A program made the position numbers and the translations under genes. DNA of 64,000 nucleotides. Origin: Oopsacas minuta (taxonomy: Eukaryota > Animalia > Porifera). The notes under the pieces are model-generated. The model searched no databases. It saw only the letters and a list, made by a program, of their open reading frames with translations, and had not been told where the DNA came from. Shown piece after piece: positions 34,001-49,000 of the stretch. The stretch spans positions 198,599 through 262,598 of the forward strand of contig JAKMXF010000336.1 in the NCBI GenBank assembly GCA_024704765.1, read 5' to 3'. Within the stretch, counting starts at the first letter, position 1. Each line of letters opens with the position of its first letter.

Positions 34001-37000
34001 TCTAGCAGTCCTATTAACACCAAATTGGCATTACAGTATCATCATGTTTTTCGTACTCTAGGGTCAAGCGTTTTACCCAATCGGTTCATTCCAGACCGCC
34101 GTGGGTCTGGTCGGGACTGATTATCTAGTTTAGAATTGTTTGGGTCACCTGTTAATCGGGTCAAAATGATCTGGTCCCGAAATGATTTTATCAAATGGAG
34201 TATGCGTATATACGTACTGTAATTAAATAAAGTTGTCTCTCATTGAACTCTGAAAACCAATTAAATTTTCCTGTTTTGTGAATTGTAATAATACTTCTAA
34301 TGGACTACTATAATGTATTCAAATTTCTCAATGATTTGTATTAACGGATATCTTTCAACATATCAATTCAATTCTAGAATTATTCAAGCTGACAAATTGA
34401 AGCTGGTGATCAAATTGTGGATGTTTGACAAACTCAACAATGATTAAGCTAAATTATCCTAAGATTATTTAGCGAACTTTTGATCTTTGACTCAATATAA
34501 TTGTCTTTTTTTCCTAGATTTCTTACCCAATCTTGTTTAGAACGTTTACCCGTGTATCATCTGATTTCTATTGAATAATAATTTGAGACAGATTAATTCT
34601 TAAAATTCCCTTTCAATTTGGGGATTTTGAATATGGTAATTTGTTGAAAGTATTCTAATGAGAAATCGACTACTTTTGCGTTTAATATATTGTGGTTTAT
34701 TGAGATTGTATTATTTGAATTGCAATATATTTCTTAATGAATATGGGAAATTTCTAATTATTGATCAAAGTAATGAATATGATTGTTGATTATTAAAATG
34801 TTTCCTTAGAAAGATATTTATTATTATGACCATATATAGGAATATTTGATACAAATATCAATTTTAGGTTCTAACAGTTTTAAGGGAAATTTGGATGTTC
34901 CAGCTTATTATACACAAGCGATAACTCAAAGGTAATTTGAAATAATTTTTCCTGTCTTATACGTATTTAACAAATCTGGCAATTGAACACTTCCTTCAGG
35001 ACATTTCTGTGCTCGGATATTTCGTCCACAATGGCATCATTTATTTCACACCATGTTTGTAGTTTGTTTTTATTGTGCTAATTATTCCAGACGAAATGTT
35101 ATGTTGGTGCTAAGAAATATCCGAGATGAAGTTCCGGTGACTGTGCGCTCTCCATTCTCCAATATTCTGGGGCGTAATTTGAGATCCCAGAGCGAGAAGG
35201 CAAGGATGGATATTTGCCTCAATATAATGGGGATTACAATAGGAAGATGGGGTAACATCCGAAAAAGCGAGGCAACTGTCTCCTCTGCCTCAATCGTAGT
35301 TACACCCCAGCTAATCTGTCCATTTTATAGCTCGCTATTAATTTTAAAGAGTATATACTCTTTAGTCTTTTTATCTTATGAAAATTTGGGGATTGAAACT
35401 ACCGTATTGCAACACTTATTATTTCCTCACTTTTTGTTGACCCAATTATGTATGATAATTTGTAAATTTTGCCGAAAATTTCATCAAAACATTTTCTTGT
35501 GTGTGCTAATAAATTTGTATTTACAAGTCTTGGAGCGTTTTTTCTAGCCCCGAGCGCTTATTTTAGGAAATACGTTATGATACTATTATTTAATAACTGA
35601 ATTCTCATTTTCGGATCTTTTTCACAATTCCTCTTTCAAAACATTTCAATATTTATTTCACATTGATGCTCCTTGTATAGAGAAGCATATGAAGTACATT
35701 CAGGATCTCTCTCCTTCCTTCATCTCTCACCAAATTGCAGATGTCCTCCCTCACACCCTGTTGTATCACTCACAACACCCTCATTATGTACCCAACATCC
35801 TGGATTAACCACAGACAGAGGGAATAATAACAGACTGAATACAGATGCACATCCTCCAAGCTACTCTAATGATAATTTTACTAATTCATATTGGCTGTCT
35901 TCGCCTGGTGATAGGATGCTTAATATTACTTATGTACTCAGTGATAAACTCATTGAGGTTTGTGATTATTCTTCACATTAAGACAAGCCGCTTCACTTGC
36001 TCGTGCTGCGCGGCTTGCGAACACTTTGTGTTCGAATGGGACTCGACACTTCGTGCCTCGAGTTTAGCAAAGTCTAAAATTGCAAAATTGAATAAATTAC
36101 TTAATATTAACACGATGAGTACATAGTTATGCGACATCTCAGAATTGATAAATTCGAATCTAATACAACATTCCACAAATCCTTTCCTTGGCAACGGACA
36201 AACAGACAGACAAAAATAACAACTTTTCCCTCTTAAGAGTGAAGTTACGAAATTTATCTACACGTTAATCATACCTTTGTGTTATACCATGTGTTTATAT
36301 CCGAACTAACAGCATATGTATATATACATCATATACAGGAGAATTTTAGGACCCCTCTGGAGGCTACTATTCAAGGATTCCCCTGAGGGATCCAAAAATT
36401 CCCTCCAAAACATGATATATCCTCGCTTTTGCCACTAGCATTCCTTGACCTAGCACGAATATTGAATATTCGAATATTCGAAAGTTACCATTTCAAATAT
36501 TTGTTCCGGTCATTTTGCTCATAATATCGAACAAACAATTCGTAACTGTCCAACTATAATTTCCCATTTCTTTAGGTTCTTTTCATTCTCGCGGAATTCA
36601 GAAGTCCTAGACCTCAATCAATTGTTTTACTAAAATCCTCAGATGATGGCAATACATTTACTCCATTACAATATTTCTCTAGTGATTGTATGGGAGATTT
36701 TGGGCTCATGGCTGGTGCTGATATTACTTCTCCTTCTGATGCTGTCTGTGTTGATACTTACTCTCTGTAAGTATTGAATATTACCACTTGATAACATACA
36801 AGAAAACAGATAGATAAATAAACAAACAAACAAACAAATATAGAAATAACTAAACTAACTAACAAATAAGGAAATAAACAAGAATTTTCTATTTCCAATT
36901 TATTTTATTTCTAACATTTTTTCGATTAAAATATTTAACACATTTTTACACGGAAAAATTGTTAAAAATATCCGTTTTCTAATTGAAAAATGAATACAGA

Positions 37001-40000
37001 TTATTTTATCTAATGAACATCTCATCTTTAGTCAGAGTCCTCTATCTACAGCCACAATCAGTTTAAATCTATTCCATCCAGATAGACCAGGTGTATCATC
37101 CTTCAATACTAATCTAGAAATAAGAGATTTTATATCTGCCAATCAAGTACGATTCTCTTTCAGGAATTACTTCACGGAATTTACTACAGACAGGCATCTG
37201 TATTACTCTCTCTCCACTGTTACTGTTGCAGCTAGGTATAGTTAGTTACTTGTAGTAAACTTCTCCCGTTACAATCGAGTCTCCCATTAAGGGACGCATT
37301 GGGGATTAGATTTTCTCCTTTGTAAGTGAGATATCCGCTTCTCAGAGATTGATTAAGTATTATTTACATGTAATAGTAACTTATTCGTTCCATGAGCTTG
37401 TACGTTTTGGGAGACTCCACTGTATCATATTTCACGAAGTCGATCTATCTCATCATTCTAGTCTATGTATTTCCATTATCCGTATTTATCAAACTACTAT
37501 TTGATGTTTTAGATGTAAGTGTAACGGTCATGCAGATAGCTGTATATTCAGTCCCACATCTTCTACTTGTCAATGTCAACACAATACACAAGGAGATTTG
37601 GTAAGAATATTTGAAGTGTTGCTAATCGCAATTTCGTATCCGAAACTTTCATCATCGTGCATTATCATAGTTATACTGTGTTTAGTAAAATTAGCGTTTT
37701 ATTGTGTGAATAGCTAATTAGAGTTTCTTGAGCTACAGGGTTCGTTTATTTTACACCTCATTGACGTCATAAAATCACACATATTCCCGACAGTATTCGG
37801 TTAACGAGATTCTACTGTATTATGATAAATTTATAAACGGACAGATATATTTATTACGAGCCTTTGGCTCGTCGCTTCATGATGAACTCGTCGCATTGTG
37901 CCTCGAGGTATCCATTATTCTCCAAATTGACGGCCCCTTTAAGTATTATAACATAGATATATTTAGAACAATGTAATTCACAAATATACGTATATGGCAT
38001 ATATAATATTGCATTATTTTGTAAGATCAACCCTCTTTGCAGCCGTTGAGAGCAAACCTATTCATAGAAACAACAATAATTTACATATCAAAGGACAAAC
38101 AAAATTGAGATTTAATAATATAGATTACATGACATACATACTTTACTTTTTAGTGTGAAGAGTGTCTTCCTCTCTACAATGACAAACCGTGGCTGTTTGG
38201 CATACCTTGTGTAGCTTGTACCTGTAATAATCATGCAGACGAGTGTATGTATGATGAAGCACTGGATAGTAACCCGAATGATAGAAACGCAGAAGGTGGA
38301 GGTATGTGATAGTTGATTACGTCACAGTTGGATTGTTGTAATTGCCAATTCTCTTTATAATGTATATTTCTTATGTGTGTAAGATCGAACGTTGAAATAG
38401 TCAGCTGGAAAAATTCTTGAGAAAACGAATATTTCCCTCAACGAACAATTTCATAGTCCCATTTGTGGTTGGGCCACACAAACTGAGCACTTGAATTTCA
38501 CTATTGAGACTTTCTCGTTTGAGTTTAATCAAAAACGTGTCTGGCTTGGACAAAAAATATTTTCTGACTCGAAAAAACTTTGCTAACTTTGCTTGGAAGT
38601 TTGCTTCTCCATCGTATGACTGTGATAGGAACATAGCCAGCACTTTACGTAAGAAGGTGCCAAGGTTTTGACAGGTGACGCTACCCTGTCTACATCCTGT
38701 ACTGGAAATCAACCAAGAAAGTTTACAGTGCGTTAATACTGAAGTATCATTGAACTATTGGCTTAATTTCCAAGTTTTCTGCTAATTAACTTAGTGGTTT
38801 ATATTGAAATTAGATTCTAAATTATTCCGTTAGAAACAAAATGATCTGAAAATGCTCTTATCACATAATTGTTAGATTCAATTAAACTCTTTCAACACAT
38901 AATACTGATAAATCAATTTACATATTAACCTTTATTCTAAGATCAATTTGAACTGATACAAACTATGTACCAGTTAGAGTCTATACAAATCATTGGTAAT
39001 TGAGATTTTCATTGAAATGGGTTTCTTGATAACTTACAATAGTTTAGAAGAATTGTTTTAATACGTATAACAGCAGGTATACTTTTGGCTATAGTTTAAT
39101 AGTTCAAGTAACTTTCTAGGTAAATTGTCCCTCGAAATGGTTGGGAGATCATATATTCATGTTTTCTAGGTCAAAATATGTTAGGTCAGTTTGTGCGAGC
39201 AAAACACTTTGAAGGAAATTTGACTTTTTCAGAGTTTGAACTTTTTATTGGAACTGATTTTATCCATATTTCAGTTGGTTCATTCGTGCAACCTCTATAA
39301 GAGGGGAATTCTATGATAAATTCCTTGATTAATCAATTTTGGTGCTAAGTTTAGAAAAGCAGTATTTATCGCTATGAGGAATTGAAATTTTGGGTTTCTC
39401 AGAGAGACTATTTTACAAAATTGTATATTCAATCAACAACCTTAGGGCGTATTATAATAATCGAATATCTCTTCTCTCATTTGAGGATGCATTTGGAAAT
39501 ATAAATGGGGCATGGGAGGTTATCAGGCCCGACTTTGATTTATTCCGAATTCTACAACCATACTAGTAATGAGAATCAATTTTAGTACTACACTAAGAAT
39601 GTTCTTATAACCGGTAAAAATCCCATGGAGTAGAATACAACAGATTCCCTAATTCAAATTATGGTTCTTACAATCGGTGTTCTTATATCCGGCATCACAA
39701 AAATTGCTTTATAATGTTTATGCAAAATAACAACTTGCATTCTTTTCTAAACAATGAATCAAATCTATGACAGTTTGCATCAGACAACCTGCATGCTTGT
39801 TGACTTCAATAATGAAAGCCTTCTACACCGGATGAACTGTAATTTTGAACTATCAGCTTATACTTTTATTGTAATATACTTTTCTACGACGTTTATTCGA
39901 AACTTTTAGAGATTATATATATTCCCTTTTATGGAAGTTTGTTTATCATAACTATATATGCGATTATTTCGCTTAATAGGGGTAGGACGTATAACATCAT

Positions 40001-43000
40001 TGTGTTGAAGCTTAAACTACTCGTGAATATATAGGAAGCGATATCTCGTGCTGCGCTATATACCTTACTTCTGTTTAGGAGAATGCATCACGTGTAGAGA
40101 TAACACACAAGGTAGATACTGTAGTGAGTGTATAGATACTTTCTATAGAGATGTTAGTAAACCGATTGAAGATTCCGATGTATGTCTGCCATGTGGTTGT
40201 GATAGTAGAGGTATTACTGATGAAGGATTATGTACTCTGGTGAGTTTATCAAATACTAGCGCGCTTCGCATGCATGACATAGCACACACCGGTTGAGAAT
40301 CACTTATCTATTAGATTTTAGAAATAATAATTCTTACATTATGATATTTCTCAGGATATTAATGGCAACCCTCAATGCAATTGCAAACCAAACGTTGAAG
40401 ACCCTACTTGCTCTACCTGTAAAATAGGCTATTTTTCATTAAATGCTTCAAACTCTGACGGTTGCACAGATTGCGCATGTTTTATAGCAGGCACTAAATT
40501 AGGCAGCACAGCTTGTCATGCTGACTCAGGACAATGTGAATGCAAGAGCAACGTGGATGGACTAAAGTAAGTTTCTATGTAAGAAGAACGAACCGCTTCA
40601 CTTGTTCCTGCTGCGCGGCTTGTGAACACTTTGTGTTCGCATGGAACTCGACACTTCATGCCTCGAATTTTGGCAAAGTATAAAAATTGCAAATGAATTA
40701 ATATATACATATATACGTATATATTTCAACTATTTGTTTACTTTATATTCATAAAAACAACAATTTGGTGATATTACGTGTAGTCCAGCACAGTTGCCAA
40801 TGTGATATGAGCTAGTTTGTAGGTAATTTCATTGAAATACTTGATACCATAATTATTGCCATACATGGTAATTGATAATTTTATTTGAGTTGTGGAGCTG
40901 CAACAAGATTCCGACTAACAATGGGCTCATGATGGATACGATAATTATATTCATGGTTATCATTATACATCTTCCAGGAATAACTTATAGTTGGAATTCC
41001 ATGGATTATACCTTGGATATATCCTGGATTGGCTGTAAAACAGACTAGCGCGTGCTTCACATGCTAGGTCGCTGTGTTTGTAGTTCGTACCTCGGATTAT
41101 GAAACAGCTAAATTTCTAGTGCTTTTACTGGCTACTTCGACAGGATATAGTCAGCACTATGTCCCTACAGTTAGAAAATTAAGGCTCTAATATGAATTTA
41201 TTAGCCATGGACCATCCCCAAATAACTATTTTAATGATTTCCAGTAGTAAGACCAGAGCCATTACGTAGCTTTTGGTTATCGATTTCGGCACTGAATGCC
41301 TCGCGCATAAAGGAATTCTGGAATTCTCAATTTTGTCCCAATTTACCTCAGTTGGCTGTATTCATATTATGATCCTTAGATGTGATACTTGTGAATCCAA
41401 TTTTACACGTCTGACATCAACTAATGCAGATGGTTGTGTAGCGTGTGCATGTAACCAAATTGGATCAAAGAATGATAACTGCGACCCGATCACTTCTAAC
41501 TGCGATTGTAAACCAGGTGTTGGGGCTGTTCGATGTGACACATGTTTATCTGGTTTCCATTCCTTTTCCACAAATGGTTGTCAAGCATGCCGATGTGGAA
41601 ATGGATCTATAAATGAGATATGTGACGTCACTAATGGACTCTGTGAGTGTAAATTGAATGTGAAAGGCAATAATTGTGATGTCTGCAAAGATGGCTTTTT
41701 CAACTTGATGCCTTCAAACGAAGATGGGTGAGTAGTAAATATATTAATAGTGTGATATTTTCATTACTTTGTATTGTGTACAATCTAATTCAATAATATA
41801 GCTGATAGTATCCATCTTATTTCAATAATATGGTAGGATTAGATAACTTACCATTTAATGCATACCTCTACAGGGCATTGGATGATAGTTTCACTAGTCG
41901 AAACTTTATATCTTTTGACGCTTGCACTGCCCTACAGCCATATCACGCGGTACTCATGCTTGTTAATCCATATTATAATATAATTCAATATAGTGTAACC
42001 TCTAGAAATGGGGAACTTCTTCCATTTTCATTCATTTACATAGAAACTAACCTCTATAAGCAGGGAGTGGTGAATGAGGCATGTTTTACAGTTAATTATG
42101 TCTCACACCATTGAAAGCCTCAATAAGTGGGGAATTCTACGATAAATTTCTTGAATAATCAATTTTTGTGCTAAATTTGGAAAACTAACGTAATTATCGT
42201 TATAACGAATTGAAATCTTTGGGTTTCTCTGAAGATAATTTATTTCAAATAATATATTCAAACAATAACTTTAGGGCACATTATATTAATACTAAACAGC
42301 TGTTGGAGCAAATGGCTATACGTGATGGCTCAAAAATTTCTGTTTATAGGGCATTTTAGGTTGATATTATAATTGAGGAATGGGCCCGACCTCCCCCACT
42401 TATAGAGGTTCTACCGTACTAGAAATAAGTGGGCTCAGAATTTAGAATAGCACAACTTCTCAAATAATTTGCCAACTTAAGATATCGTGAATCCATGAAC
42501 TTTACATATACGCATATATTTAATGCATATTTTGTAACGATGTATACTTTGTAGCTAATGTAATAAGGAATGTGGCTAATTATAATCCAAATATAAATTT
42601 ATAACCCCTCTTACTATTAGGTGTATTTCCTGTGGATGTGACCAATCAGGAACTGAACTAGACACACAATTATGTGACACTATATCAGGAGAATGTAATT
42701 GCAAACTGAATGTACAGGGCCCGAATTGTGATGACTGTAAACCTGGATTTTTCCTTCTACAAGAATCGAACTCAGAAGGCTGTGAATCTTGTCAGTGTAA
42801 TGAACTTGGTACCAATACTACAGGAGATATCTGTGATATGATTACTGGTGGATGTGAATGTATTGAACCTGCAATGGGTATGTTAAGGGTAGATTTCGAT
42901 CATAACGGTCTATTCAAGCCACATAAATCTATCATTCGAATAGATTTGACGATAGGCATCGTAATTCACCCAGCTGATATTCCTGATTTTGCAGATTTTG

Positions 43001-46000
43001 AGTTTTGGTCAGTGGGACCTGTTCATAACGGCTACCAAAGGGAACGAACTCTGGGTTACCTATATTTTTTGGTGACTACCCTTAATAGTCAAGTTATACT
43101 GATTGACTTTTCTCCCTAGGCACCAAATGTGACGGTTGCACTACAGGTCATTTCCTATCCTCTGATGCTTCTACTCTGTGTGAAGTCTGTGCATGTAACC
43201 CTATAACAGCTTTTGGTCAGGATTGTAACTCTACAACAGGTCAATGTTTGTGTCGAGGTATAGATGGTGATGGAGCAGCGTTAGGAATAGGAGGACGTAC
43301 TTGCGATGAATGTATTGATGGTTACTTTCTATTCTCAACAACTGGGTATTTTTAATTAATAATTAAATTCATTTGTATCTGAAAAACCAGCTGTTGGCAG
43401 CTGTTTTTGAAGCATACTTTAGCAAGTCGACGTCATGATTAACTTTATTACATCTTTAGCAGTTTACGAATAGATATTTTCGCGAAGGATCGGTCTTGGA
43501 GAAAATTCGTCATTGTTCGAGTTCATTTTGAGTCACTATCGGTTTGTTTGGGTGTATACATTATTCTGGATTAGCGCTTATACCTGCTTTGATTTTTGTG
43601 TGACTGATCTTCCGGCACGCTCGTTCTCCCAGCGACCAATTGCCCCGCGATTATTTTTCCGCAACAAACTTCGCCATTCATAATAACTGTGTTTTAGGCA
43701 GTAATAAAGTTAATCACAACTCGGATCTAGAGGTCGCAAGCCTGGCTTCGGGGCCTATAATTTAGGGCCCAGAATAAACCAACGGCCCATTAAATTTCGA
43801 AATAATTTCCTTTCATTCCTTGGATTAAATTAGAATTGACTTTAAAATTCTTTTTTCAATCACAGTTTCTGATCGTAAGATCTGATTCAACAATTTTTTA
43901 TTCAATTTTGAAAAATTTTCTAAACCATGTTGTAGGCATGCTGGGTCGGGAGTTTGCTCTGACCTTCAATTCCCTTGGATTTGTTCATTGTTTTCTTATG
44001 TGTAACAAATCAAATACTTATTTCCCTATTTATCCCTACAGATGTGTAGAATGCGACTGCAATATTGCTGGGAGCGAAGGTATCGGCTGTGATCAGGCAA
44101 CAGGAGCTTGTGTTTGTAAGAAAAATGTGCAAGGAATTACATGTGATACTTGTAAAGATGGATTTGGATTCTTGAACGAAAATGATGAATTTGGATGTTC
44201 CTCAAGTAATAATATAATCACATAATTAGATTTGTTCCTTCCTGGCAAGGCCAAAATTTATGTGACCATGCGATAATGAGGAGATTGCCAATTTGGTGTT
44301 CACATATATTGTCGAATTATGCCCTCAAATATTCCCAGCTCAGAATTATTGATATTTTCCGTACGAATCATTCAATTGAAGCGAAACTTTTTCGGAACTG
44401 CGAATATCATTTTTGACCCTTTAGAATTTTGCTCTGTATTTATTGCTAAGTTCAGTTTGTTCCTATCAGGATGTTGAATTATTTTTTTCGACCAAGCCGG
44501 CGAAATCTTACAGTGGATGCCGGTTATAATAACCCATTGGGAAGAGTAATACATGTTCTTATAACAGGCATAATACTAAAGGAATATATGAGAACTGTTT
44601 TTCCAGAGGATGGTACTTATATCCGGCACGTTCTTACTACCAGTATCCCTGTTTTTATATTTTCACAATCTTGTAGTTCCAACAGGACTCGCTCCACCTA
44701 CCCTAACAATCATATCCTCTTCCTCAATCTTAATATCCTGGTCGCCTGCTAGTTCTGAATCAGCTATACTATTCTACGGAGTTTCTCGAAACTTTACAGA
44801 AATCCATCAAACTACAGAATTAGAATACACAGACACTGGCCTATCCCCAAACACCATTTATACCTACACTATAACTGCAACGAATAATGCAGGTTTAAGT
44901 GAGAGTGGCGGCACTACTGATCGTACACTAGAAGATGCTCCTACGGGTGTTTCACCTGTCATGTTGACTAATATACAGGCTAGATCACTACAAGCTAGTT
45001 GGAGTGTACCTACTCAACCGAATGGAGATATTACTGTGTATAATATTTTCGTTTCTTCGGACAATGGAGATGAGTTATATTTTTCTGGATTGGCACTGAC
45101 TACAACTATTTCTAGTAAGTTTAATCATTACCCATGTGCCCTATCCTTCAATGCGTGATTATAGACATTTTTATCGTCCATTGTGCATCCAAATTTCATA
45201 CATTTAAAGACTTTTTGTGTGGACAATGCAGTTGCTACCTTGCTTTTGGTTACTAATCTTTGTACTTCGTGCATATTGTATTCGAAATTCTGAAAGTTTG
45301 GAAATTGAAAAACTACAATTTGTGCACAGTCATGATTACGTAATAATTCCATGATGAGTTTGCATTTTATCAAAATCATTCTGTCGGGACATTAGTAAAT
45401 TGAAGGTTACCTGTGATTATATTTTCGACCTTCTATCATATATATTGGCTAAACAGTGTCTAATAATTTAATTTACCGCAAATGCAAAAAAGTTGACACT
45501 TACGTCATAATTTCGTCATAGGTGTGAATTTTCGACATGTCCGGGCCAGGTCAAACATATCTCTGTATGCCAAATATCACCCATGGGTGTTTTCCGGTTT
45601 CTTCAATCAATTCTAGACATACTGAATAATTGCGTATTAATAGTATAGATATTATTATGAAATCATATTCTGTTTGTTGTTCATCTCCCCTTCAACCCTA
45701 CTGGGGTCTTACATCTCCCCCCAGCATTCCAGCTGGATTGGCATCCCTCACAAGAGATTCCTGGATCTGCCACTGCAAAATACTATCAGTTAGCATAGTA
45801 CTCGTATATTTGAATACAATTGAGTTGTTAGGTTGTGCAGCACATGATGACCATAGCTCCAACTGAACAGAGACTACGAGAACTGATATGATTGAAATGA
45901 TATTATTATCAGCTTAGGGATGCACCAGACATCTAAGCATGTCCATTTCTGAGTAATAATGTAAGAATCATCAACTGGTTTAAGTATAAATTCGCTAGAA

Positions 46001-49000
46001 TACATTTCTGATATCATTCAGTAGCGTATCTATGAATTTCTGATTTGAAGGGTGCTATTAATCGCGAGTTAATTGGTTTTCAACTCTAGACAATAAGAAA
46101 GGGACACCAAATATATTTATCGTAACATGGGAACAAGATATTTCAAGCAATCCTAGTTAGTGTTTGTCATGAAAATCTGTTGTAACTATATGATTAATAC
46201 ATCTTTTTTGTAATTTTCAATATTTCAAAACATTTTTTTCCCGTGACAGTTCGAATTAACAGTGGTGGCCTCATTTATGCGAATATATGAGTAAATTTAA
46301 TTCTTCACTTTAGTGTATGCTAATTTTCCTCTAATCTCATAGGTCTCAAACCCTTCACAGAATACAGTTTCACCCTACAAGTATGCACTAATACAGGTTG
46401 TACTAACAGCTCCGTATCTAATATAACTACACTACAAGATGTTCCTGAACAGGTATCTACACCTCTTGCTTCTTCTATCTTCTCAGATTCCCTACAGTTA
46501 TCATGGTCACCCCCCACACAACCTAATGGTATTATTATCGCTTACGAAGTGTTTCAAAGGCAATCACCATTCACTGGACCAAGTGTCTCTATTGACAGTC
46601 TTTCTGGTAGTGAATTGAGTGTGTCTGTTACAGGACTCAATGCATTTACTGAGTATGAGTTTGCTGTATTAGCTTCTACTATTATTGGGGGTAATTTAAG
46701 CGAGAATGTTAGAATCAGGACATCTGAAGCTGGTAAGTTAAGAGTCACATGAACTTATTTTAGCTGTATATGGCATATAGGTATCTGAATATATCTACTG
46801 GCTGGAGTGCCCTATATCTCATTGTATTTTGATGTTATTATAAGAAATTCATTTCTTGATCAAAAATATTTCAACGTTTTTAGGCTTTGTCCATCTGATT
46901 GCTTTCAAGAATTTTTATCTCATTGTTTCATGACGTCCTCACCAGCTAACAATTTTCTTGGTCATTGGGACTAGAATGTGAAAAATATTATTTAAAATTT
47001 ATGGTTGAGTTGAAATTATGAAATAATAGTGTGAATTGTACTTAAATATCGCCAATAGTCGTGTTGTAGCTAAAATTGGAAATTGGAAATCAAACTGAAC
47101 CAATTTCTAACTAAAAACGGTATGAGAAATGAATTCTCTGTAGCTAGGGAAATTTGCTATACTGTAGAACCTCTTTAATACATACACCAAGGGACCGTCG
47201 AGATTTGTACTCCTTATCCAGAGTACGTATTAACGAGGTTTCACTGTAATTCCATAAATTTCCTACTTTCAATACCAAATTTTTTATCTTTATAGCGCCA
47301 ACTGAGATTCAAGACCCTATCCTAACAGTACTAGGCGCTATGTCTGTACAGATATCATGGCAAAATCCTACAACACCAAATGCAGATTCAATAATCCACC
47401 ATATTATTCGAACTAGCCCGCTACCCATGTCTGTTATTGTCAGTTCTACTAATACTGGGTCTTTCATTTTACCCAATCTACAGCCTTTCACTATGTATTC
47501 ATTTCTATTACAAGTATGTAATGTTGCAGGTTGTGGCAATAGTTCAGCTGTAACCATAACAACGGATGAGCATAGTAAGTATGCATTATTTTATATTACA
47601 TTATAACATGCATTATCCTGCACTTTTTTACTCGACAGTGTTTCTGATTTGAAATTGCTTCCGACTATTTAATTCACGTTCACACCCCGACACAATGGTC
47701 AGGTCCAAACGAGTGTGTCGGGTTGTGCAGGTTTCACTATCCGTTGTAAAAATACCAGTTAATGTTTTGTATTATGTCTATATACTGGAAATGATTAAAA
47801 TGTACAGTAAAAACAGTGTGAAAAAGTGTACGATCAAAATATTTTTTTGCCAACATGCACTAGAAAACCCCATTACGACTGTGTATAAAGATCGATGAAA
47901 TTTTTATTCATGATTATTTTTCTAGCTCCTTCAGGCCAATCACCTCCTATCATCATATCCTCATATCCTAACAACATATCTCTAGGATGGGATCCACCAT
48001 CTCTACCCAATGGCATAATTACGTCATACACTTTATCTAGACGTCTACCATCTCTAACACTATCTTCGCAACTAATTCATGAGAAAGGATTCCGTTTTCA
48101 TGGAGGAGGTTATGCTAGATTTCCAACAGGCTCTTTCAATCCTGGGTTTTCAACTTCCATAGGTCTTCGTATACGTACTTTTAGTACAGACGGCTTGATA
48201 ATGCTCCTGTCCACAGCCAGTATGTATGATTACATAGCGATTTCATTTAATAGCACTGCAGTACAGTTTGCATTCGATTCTGGTACCAATTCATTGACAA
48301 ACATCCTCGTACTGAATGTAGCTATTAATGATGGTGCTTGGCATGACATAGCTGCTACCCGTATTGGTAACGAGGGTGGATTAAGTATAGATAGCAGTTT
48401 TAGTGTCGGGAAAACTGTTGCTGGATCTGATAATGACATTGCACAGAGTTCTATTGCTTTTGTGGGTGGAGTTGATGCGGATTTTGTATTTCCTGATGTT
48501 TTCCCTGTTCTGAGTGTGCATAGTATTGCTGGTTGTGTTCGTGATATGGAATTTAATTCTGAATTTGTTGATTTTGATTCTATAGAGAGTTCAGGACAGT
48601 TTGATTTGACGCTTGCTGGTTGTCCTGTCGATATCGAGCAAGGTACGCATTACTCTGGTGCAGGTTTCGCGAAATTTGACGCTTCTAATGCTGAGATCAA
48701 CGGTGAATCATTTGATATTTCATTCGAGCTTAAAACAATAGAAAGTACCAGCATAATATTAGCATTAGGACTGGATTCAGCTACTCAATCGAGTGATTAT
48801 ATACTTTTCACAATCGCAGATTCTTTCCCAATGATAGATTTCCAAATTGACGGAGTGAAAGGCTCAATTTTATTTATTGAAACTACCATAGATATCTGCG
48901 ATGGAAAATGGCATTCATTTTCCCTGCAAAAAACCGCAACACGAATTTTAATGGTAGTTGATGAGGAGTCAAATCCCATTCCATTAGCTATGATAATCCA